Positions 56,170 through 64,000 of a stretch of 64,000 bases of DNA are shown piece by piece (position 1 is the first letter of the stretch; the number at the start of each line of letters is the position of its first letter). A program made the translations under genes and the position numbers. The DNA is from Candidatus Delongbacteria bacterium (lineage in GTDB: Bacteria > CAIWAD01). The notes beneath the pieces were generated by a model. It was not told the origin of the DNA and made no database searches. It saw nothing but the letters and a program-made list of their open reading frames with translations. The DNA is taken from NCBI GenBank assembly GCA_963663545.1, contig OY760505.1, forward strand, positions 64,001-128,000. The letters are read 5' to 3'.

Positions 56170-58929
56170 ATGCTGCCGAAAACCCTGCGACTCCTGAGCC
56201 TGTTGCTGCTGATTCGACTACTTCCCGCAGTCCCCGCCATGCCCGGTTGGTGCGAGGGTGATGCCGCGGGCGTTTCTTTCCGTTTCCACCAATACGGTGA
56301 CGAGTTCTACGCCTGGGCCGAAAGTGAAGACGGCTACACGCTACTGATGGACCAGCAAGGGAGTTGGGTTTACGCGCTTCCTGCGGCTGACGGTAGCTTG
56401 CGCCAAAGTGGCCAGGTTTATTTTCCTGGCGATGCATCCGCTCCTGCCTCTGCGCGCGGCTTGCGACCTGACTCCGATTGGCTGAGGACTTATGTGGGCG
56501 CGATGCGCGCACAACGGGACGCTATGTCTGCGCGTGTACGCAACGAGCGGGTTGAAGGCGAATGGAACGTGCTGCTGATCCTGATCCACTATCCAGACCA
56601 GAGTACGCAGGTCAGCTCCGAGGCCTTTGAGGCCATGATGAATGAGCCGGGCTACATGGATATCGGTTCCTTTCGCGACTTCTACCTAGACCAGAGCTAT
56701 GGTCGTTTTGGCACGACGCACACCGTGACGCAGTGGTACACGGCGACGCACGAACACGACTACTATGGATATAACGTGGGCTATTGGGCTGCTCAGGAAT
56801 TGATTGCCGAGGCTGTAGAGGCCGCCGATGCAGCAGTCGACTTTGCTGATTTCGACAATAACGGTGACGGCTACGTGGATGGCCTGATGGTTGTGCACAG
56901 CGGCCACGGCGCTGAAGAGGGGGATGAGACCAATATCTGGTCTCACCGTTGGAGCATTCCCGCGATCCAGGTGGATGGCGTCCTTGTAAGCGACTACACC
57001 ATGCAACCTGAATTGCAGAGCCAGCACATGGCGCGCATTGGTGTGTATGTGCACGAGTTCGGCCATAACCTGGGTCTGCCGGACCTGTACGATACCGATT
57101 ATTCCAGTTCGGGTGTAGGTTCCTGGTGCGTCATGTCGGGCGGTTCCTGGGGCGGAGCCGCAGGCGGTAATGCTGCGCGCCCTGTTTCCTTCAGCGCCTG
57201 GTGCCGCTACTTCTTGGGCTGGGCCACTGTTACGACCACGCAAACAGAGCTGGCCGATTATCCGCTAGTGGCAAAGGCATACAGCGATGAATTGATCAAG
57301 CTCACTCTACCCAGCGCACCGACACAGTATTTCCTGGTTGAAAACCGTCAGCGGCTGAAATGGGACCTCAATACGGCTGGTCCCGGCCTGCTGATTTGGC
57401 ATGTGGATGAAGACCGCTGGAGCAATGAAGACGAGAGCCATCCGCACGTAGACCTTGAGCAAGCTGACGGTACACGTGACTTGAACAACAATGGTGCCGA
57501 CGATGCTGGCGATCCCTTTCCTGGCAGTACGCTTAATCGCGACTTCTGCGAGACCTCGCTGCCTTCCAGTTGCCCTTACAGCCTCGCAAGCAGTCCGGTC
57601 AGCATTCGCAACATTCCCGATGCCGCCGACACGATGATCTGCAGCTTCTTCCAGGATTTTTCCCATCAGGATCTGGAGCAGGAGTCCTGGCTGATTCCCG
57701 CGGACGATGGCGGCGACAATTGGCTTGATCCCGGTGAAGAGGGTGAGCTGAGCTTGTACTTGATGAATCACGGCAGCGACATCGAAAGCCTCGAGTTACG
57801 GCTGCGTGTCCCCGCCGGATTCACCGTGTTGGATAGCCTCTGGACGGGCAGCGGCCTGGAGGCAGATGAGAGCTTTGATACCTCCGATGCGCCCTTCAGG
57901 CTTGCCGTGGATGCCGCATTGACTCCCGGTCACTACGAGTTCACCTTGTGGTCCCTTGACGACGGCGGATGGGAGCAGGAAATCCCGGTGTACGTTGTCA
58001 TCGGTCGTGCCAGCGTGCTGGTGGTCAATACCGATTCTTCCGCGCCTGAGAATAGCGCATACTTCCTTGATGTACTGGCACAGTCCGGCTTGAGTTGGGA
58101 GAGCCGCTGCCTGAGCGGAAACACGCTGGTGCCGGTGGATCTGCCCTCCTATGAGCGGGTGATTTACTTCACAGGCACCGAAGAAGAGCCGCTATCGAAC
58201 GATGAGCGCGACGATCTGCAGGAGTACGTATACAGCGGCGGCAAGCTGATTCTGAGTGGCCAGCACCTGGTGGACGATACCGATGCCGATTTCCTTGCCC
58301 TCATCGGAGCAACCCCCAACGTGCTCCACAATGATGGCTTGATCCTTGAAGGCGTCGATGCGAGCCCCTTGTTCTGGTCCGATTTACGCTTGCTGCTGTT
58401 TGGCGGAAATGGGGCCTGGAACCAGGAGTTGCCAACCTTGACCCTGCAGGCCACAACGGGCGTGCCGCTCCTGAACTGGCAGGATGGCTTGGCAGCCTCG
58501 GTTGCCATGGATCACGGCACGAACCAGGGCAGAGTCATCACCTGTGCCTTCAGCCTGGAATCGATTCACGCAGGTGGTTCTTTCCGGCCGCTGGGGGACG
58601 TGATCAATCCAATGCTGGCCTGGCTCGAGGACGGTACCGGCGTCGATGAGCCCGTCACGCAACCCGAGGCGATGGAAGTGCACCTGGCTCCCAATCCTTT
58701 CAATCCCGTCAGCAATCTCTTCTACACCTTGCCGCAGGCGGGGGAGAGTCAGTTGCGTATCTATAATCTGCGCGGCCAACTTGTTCTGCAGCTTTCGCCC
58801 GGTGTGTTGCCGGCGGGCAGCGGATTCCTGAAGGTCGACCTGAGTTCCTCCTCCAGCGGTCTCTATTTCCTCGTGCTGGAGGTGAAAGGCCAGGGAAGTG
58901 CTGTGACACGAGCCATGTTGCTGCGCTAA
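56170..58929 (+). CDS. Secreted M6 (immune inhibitor A) metalloprotease with C-terminal sorting-type domain
   Basis: Signal peptide; NIWSH; HEFGHNLGLPDLYD; FLVENRQ; GLLIWH; C-terminal PNPFNP. Confidence 0.92.
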   Translation: MLPKTLRLLSLLLLIRLLPAVPAMPGWCEGDAAGVSFRFHQYGDEFYAWAESEDGYTLLMDQQGSWVYALPAADGSLRQSGQVYFPGDASAPASARGLRPDSDWLRTYVGAMRAQRDAMSARVRNERVEGEWNVLLILIHYPDQSTQVSSEAFEAMMNEPGYMDIGSFRDFYLDQSYGRFGTTHTVTQWYTATHEHDYYGYNVGYWAAQELIAEAVEAADAAVDFADFDNNGDGYVDGLMVVHSGHGAEEGDETNIWSHRWSIPAIQVDGVLVSDYTMQPELQSQHMARIGVYVHEFGHNLGLPDLYDTDYSSSGVGSWCVMSGGSWGGAAGGNAARPVSFSAWCRYFLGWATVTTTQTELADYPLVAKAYSDELIKLTLPSAPTQYFLVENRQRLKWDLNTAGPGLLIWHVDEDRWSNEDESHPHVDLEQADGTRDLNNNGADDAGDPFPGSTLNRDFCETSLPSSCPYSLASSPVSIRNIPDAADTMICSFFQDFSHQDLEQESWLIPADDGGDNWLDPGEEGELSLYLMNHGSDIESLELRLRVPAGFTVLDSLWTGSGLEADESFDTSDAPFRLAVDAALTPGHYEFTLWSLDDGGWEQEIPVYVVIGRASVLVVNTDSSAPENSAYFLDVLAQSGLSWESRCLSGNTLVPVDLPSYERVIYFTGTEEEPLSNDERDDLQEYVYSGGKLILSGQHLVDDTDADFLALIGATPNVLHNDGLILEGVDASPLFWSDLRLLLFGGNGAWNQELPTLTLQATTGVPLLNWQDGLAASVAMDHGTNQGRVITCAFSLESIHAGGSFRPLGDVINPMLAWLEDGTGVDEPVTQPEAMEVHLAPNPFNPVSNLFYTLPQAGESQLRIYNLRGQLVLQLSPGVLPAGSGFLKVDLSSSSSGLYFLVLEVKGQGSAVTRAMLLR

Positions 58930-58958
58930 CCGGACCAGCATGTCTTAGCGAGTATCAC

Positions 58959-59000
58959 GCAGGCAGTCAGGCTAAAAGCAGGGCTGCCTGCTTTGTTGTT
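58959..59000 (+). terminator. Terminator after the M6 protease gene
   Basis: GCAGGCAGTC...GGCTGCCTGC followed by TTTGTTGTT. Confidence 0.6.
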
Positions 59001-59161
59001 CGCGGCTTTTCTCGTGTATGCCTTGCAATTGGGCCCTTGGGTTATCGAAATTAACCGAACCCTACTCCTGACAGCGAAGGAGTGGTACTACGCCTTGCCG
59101 GCGCGCTTCAAGTCTTGACCTTGGACAGGTCGCGCGACGCCGCTGCAATCTGGAGATTCCA

Positions 59162-61462
59162 ATGAGGCATGGGCCCTACCTGCGATTGAGTCTGTTTCTG
59201 TTCCTCGCACTGCTGCTGACCGGATGCGCCTATTTCAACACATACTACAACGCCGATCAGGCCTATGAAGAGGGCTTGAAAAAAGCGCGCGAAAGCACCA
59301 CACAGCAGGCGGGTGCCAGCGAGTTCAGCAATTGTCTTGAGATCTCGTCCAAGCTCTTGCAGTTCTATCCGGATTCCCGCTGGGTCGACAACACGATTCT
59401 GTTGATAGCGAAATGCTACGTGCAAACAGGCCAGTATCATCGCGCCATACGCAAGATTGACGAGCTGGAGAATCGCTTTCCCAAGTCGAAGCTGCTTCCC
59501 GAAGCCCGTGCCTTTCGAGCTCAGGCCTTGCTGGGGCTGGACCGACGTGACGAAGCGCGTACCGTACTGGCTTCGATGATTCCCGAAAACCTGCGCCGTG
59601 AGGTGCGCATCGAGTACTATCGGACCTGGGCAAAACTCTACCGCAGCGAGAAGAACTGGAGCCGCCTGGTCGAGGTGCAGCAGAGCCTGCTGAAGTTGGC
59701 CAAGAGCCGTGTGACAAAGGGCGAGATCAACGCGGAAATCGGCAAGACCTACGAAACACTGGGACAGTACGAGGATGCCGTACGCCACTATTCCGCCGTG
59801 CGTCGCCTGCGTCCGGGTAAACGCATTCAGCTTGAATCAGAATTGGGCGCGATAGACAACTTGATTCGTATGCAGCGTTTCACGCGCGCCGCTTCACGAC
59901 TGAAGCGTTTGAAGAAGGACGAACGCTATTTCGATGATCTGCATCGCATTGACCTGCGCGAAGGAAATCTACTGATTGCGCAGGGCGAGGTGGAAGCGGC
60001 CATGCAGAGCTATCAAGACATGTTGAAGAATCACGCCAATACCGTCAGCTCGTCGGGTGCGGCCTATGCCATTGCGCAAGTCTACCTCCTGCGTCTGGAT
60101 AATCCCGATTCGGCCAAAGTGTACTACGAGCGCTGCAAGCGTGAACAGGGCAATAGCCAGTGGGCTGATTCGGTGGCGGCGCGGCTCGAATTGGTCAACG
60201 CCTACAGCGGTCGACTGCGCGAAGTTGTCCGGCTGGATAGTCTGATAGATGACACCGCCATTCGGCTGATTCCGGATTCTGCCTATGTGCGCTCGGTGTG
60301 GGCGCAGCTTCCCGATTTATACTTGCAGGCGCGCGCTGACAGTGCCCATCAGGACACGCTACGCTTACTGCAGGAGGTCGACAGTCTGCAGAGCGCTGAA
60401 GCGGATAGTACGATTGATCTGGCCACGCTGCTTCAGCGCCGTGCTCGCGAGGATAGTCTGCGCATCGCGGAGGAGGAGGACCTGAGCCGCACACCAACGC
60501 GGCGACGCCTGTTCCAGCGTTCCCGGCGTCAGCGCGAGAAGGAACAGGCCGATAGCCTGGCCGCCGCACACATCGCCGACAGTCTAGCGGCTCTGGTGGC
60601 TACAGGGTTGCGTCGCACGCAGGATTCACTGCTGGTGCACGCAGTACTGGATACAGCTCGATGGGAGATCGCCGTTGATTCTGCCGCCATTCTCAGCGAA
60701 CGTGACAGTTTGTTTCGAGCGGAGTATGAAGAACGCTACATGTTGGCCGAGCTTTACCTCTACAAGCTGGAACAGGATGAGAAGGCCGACAGCTTGATTC
60801 GCGTGTTGGTGGCGGATTCCTTGCTGGCCACCGAATCACAAGCCGGACGAAGCCTTTATGCCTTGGGGACAATTCGAATTGCACGACAGGGCGATAGCTT
60901 GGCGGGTAGCAATTTGTATCACGAACTGATCGACCGCTATCCTCTCACCAATACAGCTGGTGCCGCCCGCGAATGGCTGGGGCTTCCCCCTGAAATTACC
61001 GTCGCCGATAGCGCGAGGGTGCTTTTGGAAATAGCCGAGGCTGCGCGTGATACGCTTTGGGACCCAACCGCTATCATGGCCGCCTACGATACTGTGATAC
61101 AAACCTTTCCCGAAACAGAGCAGGCACGGCAGGCCAATGTGGCGGCGGGCTTGATCGCGTGGGAGTGGCTGGGGAATCGTAGTCTGGCCACGCCCTACTT
61201 TGAGCAAGCCCTGCGCTTTGATGCGGAGCATCCGGGCAACGCGCTTCTGCTACGCCTGCTTGGCCGTACGAGCGTCGAAGTGGCCGTAGCGGAGGAGGAC
61301 ATGGAGCAGACGCCGGAAATCGATCTGGCGGAAGCACTGGTTGACGCAGACGGTCGCTATTATCAGGACGCGCACCTCGATCTCGAGCACCAACTTGAAA
61401 ACCTGCGGCAGCGCTTTCAACAGATGGGCGGTCGCCTACATTTGCAACGGATTCTACATTGA
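59162..61462 (+). CDS. TPR lipoprotein (possibly PorW/SprE-like)
   Basis: Lipobox LTGC-AYFNTYYNA; multiple TPR helices. Confidence 0.8.
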   Translation: MRHGPYLRLSLFLFLALLLTGCAYFNTYYNADQAYEEGLKKARESTTQQAGASEFSNCLEISSKLLQFYPDSRWVDNTILLIAKCYVQTGQYHRAIRKIDELENRFPKSKLLPEARAFRAQALLGLDRRDEARTVLASMIPENLRREVRIEYYRTWAKLYRSEKNWSRLVEVQQSLLKLAKSRVTKGEINAEIGKTYETLGQYEDAVRHYSAVRRLRPGKRIQLESELGAIDNLIRMQRFTRAASRLKRLKKDERYFDDLHRIDLREGNLLIAQGEVEAAMQSYQDMLKNHANTVSSSGAAYAIAQVYLLRLDNPDSAKVYYERCKREQGNSQWADSVAARLELVNAYSGRLREVVRLDSLIDDTAIRLIPDSAYVRSVWAQLPDLYLQARADSAHQDTLRLLQEVDSLQSAEADSTIDLATLLQRRAREDSLRIAEEEDLSRTPTRRRLFQRSRRQREKEQADSLAAAHIADSLAALVATGLRRTQDSLLVHAVLDTARWEIAVDSAAILSERDSLFRAEYEERYMLAELYLYKLEQDEKADSLIRVLVADSLLATESQAGRSLYALGTIRIARQGDSLAGSNLYHELIDRYPLTNTAGAAREWLGLPPEITVADSARVLLEIAEAARDTLWDPTAIMAAYDTVIQTFPETEQARQANVAAGLIAWEWLGNRSLATPYFEQALRFDAEHPGNALLLRLLGRTSVEVAVAEEDMEQTPEIDLAEALVDADGRYYQDAHLDLEHQLENLRQRFQQMGGRLHLQRILH

Positions 61463-62250
61463 TACAGCGTACGACGACAACCCTGACAGTGCGGGAAAAT
61501 CGCCTTCTGGGTGGTGATTTGTATCTGCTCAGTCTAGCTGCACCCGCGGGTACAAGCCCGCAGTTTCATTTTCACGCGGGCCAGTTTGCCGAGCTGAAAG
61601 TGGCGGGCAAGGTGCTGCCACGCCCCTTTTCCATTCTACCCTCAACTGAGCGTGATACATTGCGCTTTCTGATCAAACGTGTAGGCGCAGGAACACAGTA
61701 TTTCTGCGGCTTGCGCGCCGGTGACGAGCTGGGATGCACCTGGCCTCTCGGCTCGCACTTTGACGTAGCACGTATCAACTCCGAAGTCCTGCTGGTCGGT
61801 GGAGGTGTTGGTGTAGCCCCCATGCTGGCAGCTTTTGATGAGCTTAGCAGGCATGAGCGTCCTGCACCGGCACTCTTCGGTTTTCGCAGTGGAGCGGAGG
61901 CAAATGCGGTCGCCGAGTTGATTCCAGATAGCTGTGATACGCTGCTGGTCACGGAAGACGGAAGTCTTGGCTTGCGTGGACGGGTAACCGATCCCCTTCA
62001 GGATCGCCTGCCCGGTCTTCCCCCGGATGCCGTGGTGCTCTGTTGCGGGCCGGACCCAATGATGAAAGCCGTTGCCGCCATGTGTCACAAGCACGGGTTG
62101 CGCTGCTTGCTAAGTCTTGAAACCTACATGGGCTGCGGTGTGGGCATCTGCGCCGGTTGTGCTGTCAAGCGCAAAGAGAACGAAGGATGGTATCTCTGCT
62201 GTCAGCATGGTCCCGTCTTTGAGGCTTCCCTATTGGAGGAGTACCGGTGA
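61459..62250 (+). CDS. pyrK: Dihydroorotate dehydrogenase electron transfer subunit
   Basis: RPFSI, GGGVGVAP, CGPDPMM and MGCGVGICAGC...C..GPVF. Confidence 0.92.
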   Translation: MIQRTTTTLTVRENRLLGGDLYLLSLAAPAGTSPQFHFHAGQFAELKVAGKVLPRPFSILPSTERDTLRFLIKRVGAGTQYFCGLRAGDELGCTWPLGSHFDVARINSEVLLVGGGVGVAPMLAAFDELSRHERPAPALFGFRSGAEANAVAELIPDSCDTLLVTEDGSLGLRGRVTDPLQDRLPGLPPDAVVLCCGPDPMMKAVAAMCHKHGLRCLLSLETYMGCGVGICAGCAVKRKENEGWYLCCQHGPVFEASLLEEYR

Positions 62251-63161
62251 GTGAGATGCGTACCTCGATCGGCACCCTTGGCCTGCGAAATCCAATCACC
62301 TTGGCCTCAGGAACCTGTGGCTTTGGCCAGGAGCTTGCTGATTTTGTCGACTTCGATACTCTGGGCGGCATCTTCACAAAAGCAGTAACACAAGAGGTGC
62401 GCCCCGGTAACCCCATGCCGCGTCTGGCAGAGACCGAACACGGGTTGCTGAACTCCATCGGTCTGGCGAATCCGGGCCTGGCGGGGTTTCTTCGTGATCG
62501 CCTTCCCTGGTTGCAGGCACAGTCGTGTGCTGTATTGGTTAACGTTGCAGGACGCTGCCCCGAAGAGTACATGGCCGTGCTTGAGGCCCTGAACGATCAG
62601 CCTGGGATCGACGGTATTGAATTGAATGTCAGCTGCCCTAATGTTCGCGAGGGCGGCATCGCCTTCGGTACCGACCCGGATGTATTTTCCAGGTTGGTGC
62701 GTCAGGCGCGCGAGGTGTATCACGGCTTGCTTGTTGTCAAAATGACACCTCAGGTCAGTAGTGTATCACGCATGGCGGCCTTGGCCGAAGACTACGGAGC
62801 AGATGCACTGAGCATGATTAACACCATTCCGGGGATGGCCATTGATGTCCACACGCGGCGTCCTCGTACCGTAACGAACACCAGCGGCTACAGCGGCCCA
62901 GGTATCAAGCCGGTAGCTGTGGCCCAGGTCTGGCAGGCAAGCCGGGCCTGCAAGCTGCCCATTGTAGGTATCGGCGGTATCACATGTGTCACAGATGTAA
63001 TCGAGTTCCTGTTGGCGGGAGCCTCTGCCGTTCAAGTGGGGACAGCGAGCTTCCGTGATCCGGATCTTGCTGCGCGTCTTGTCATCGAGTTGAACCAGTG
63101 GTGCGATGAACAGGGCGTGAAGGAGGTAATGGAGTTGATCGGAGCTGTTCGTCCCTGGTGA
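62247..63161 (+). CDS. pyrD: Dihydroorotate dehydrogenase (class 1B)
   Basis: ASGT, NSIGLANPG, ELNVSCPNV and GIGGI. Confidence 0.95.
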   Translation: MSEMRTSIGTLGLRNPITLASGTCGFGQELADFVDFDTLGGIFTKAVTQEVRPGNPMPRLAETEHGLLNSIGLANPGLAGFLRDRLPWLQAQSCAVLVNVAGRCPEEYMAVLEALNDQPGIDGIELNVSCPNVREGGIAFGTDPDVFSRLVRQAREVYHGLLVVKMTPQVSSVSRMAALAEDYGADALSMINTIPGMAIDVHTRRPRTVTNTSGYSGPGIKPVAVAQVWQASRACKLPIVGIGGITCVTDVIEFLLAGASAVQVGTASFRDPDLAARLVIELNQWCDEQGVKEVMELIGAVRPW

Positions 63162-63226
63162 TACATTTCACTTTAACCTGATACCAGCACACTATTAGAT
63201 TCTCCTCAACCATGGGGAGATCGATC

Positions 63227-64000
63227 ATGCTGTCATCCAAGTTTACGCGGATGCTGCTGCTCGCACTGCTGACTCTGACGCATAACATCCTGGCACAGAT
63301 GATTCTGGACGAAAGTTTCAATCACGGCGGCGCCCTGCCCGAAGGCTGGAGCGTGCAATCTATATCGCGCACCACGGCCTGGGCGCCCGTTCTGCAAGGT
63401 GGCACGGACTGGGCCTTGCAGTGCGGTCAGGGTCCCTTTGAACTGCCGGCAAGCGAATGGTTAATCTCGCCGATCCTGGATCTTGACGAATGCGAAATCC
63501 TGACTCTGAGCTGTATCACCGATTTCCAGCAAGATCAGTGCACGGCAACCTTGCGTCTCAGTACCAATGGTGGTTCAAGTTGGAGCAGCTACTACAGCTT
63601 TAGCCCGGACAGTGCCAGTGTGCACCTCGAGGGGATTCCCCTGGCGGGAGTCGGACAAGCGCGTCTCGCTTTTGTGCTAACGGGGCAGTTTGCCAACGCA
63701 AACGCTAGTTGGCTTCTCGACGATATCTGTCTGCAGAACACCTACGGGCCGGATCTGGAAGCGCCGCGTATCAGCAATCCCATCCCCACCCAACCGCCGC
63801 AGACGCTGCATACGATGGATCTGGAAATCGGTTGCACGATCATTGATCGCAGTATCGTAGACGCAAGCAGCGTTTCCTATCGCTTGGACAGCAACGGAGA
63901 CATGGACTACGAGGACCCGGGCGAGGGGTGGCAGCTGATTCCGGGTTTGGCGGACGCTGAAACACTGAATGTCGTTCTGGCCTTCACCAGTCCACAGGAA
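63227..64000 (+). CDS. Secreted protein with cleaved-adhesin/MAM-like beta domain (3' partial; absent from ORF track)
   Basis: GGGGAG RBS; hand translation MLSSKFTRMLLLALLTL...ILDESF...LPEGW...EWLISPILDL...STNGGSSW; apparently open to the window end. Confidence 0.75.
   Translation, partial: MLSSKFTRMLLLALLTLTHNILAQMILDESFNHGGALPEGWSVQSISRTTAWAPVLQGGTDWALQCGQGPFELPASEWLISPILDLDECEILTLSCITDFQQDQCTATLRLSTNGGSSWSSYYSFSPDSASVHLEGIPLAGVGQARLAFVLTGQFANANASWLLDDICLQNTYGPDLEAPRISNPIPTQPPQTLHTMDLEIGCTIIDRSIVDASSVSYRLDSNGDMDYEDPGEGWQLIPGLADAETLNVVLAFTSPQE

Overview
Chromosomal, mostly + strand housekeeping region of a moderately GC-rich (by eye roughly 57-60%) diderm bacterium. It is probably FCB-superphylum-like, because two secreted proteins end in the 'PNPFNP' C-terminal sorting-type domain and lipid A/heptose genes are present. 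Contents: a TPAT-type TRAP transporter, a TetR-SRAP-DoxX-MsrA stress cluster, a fused fungal-type homoaconitase, two tRNA-Met genes, tilS-hpt-ftsH-(PEGA/TPR/CDGSH)-folP, a lipid A modification trio, accD-surE-guaA-glmS-uppP-holA-ECF sigma, nucleotide-sugar genes, methylmalonyl-CoA mutase, an M6 protease and pyrK/pyrD. No CRISPR array, rRNA or intact transposase was seen. The strongest unexplained signal is the non-palindromic octamer GTGATACA/TGTATCAC. I counted 43 exact copies by hand (about 1-2 expected) and about 65 copies of the 7-mer core, on both strands, in all reading frames, and patchily distributed. It is a candidate novel uptake, architectural or methylation-linked sequence system. 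Other leads are a hairpin-rich MITE, a protein with 6 x 85-aa near-identical repeats, three sigma-54-type promoters each exactly 31 nt from the ATG, two candidate ncRNAs and a lipoprotein packed with D-S/T-x glycosylation-type motifs. All counts and foldings were done by eye and need computational confirmation.
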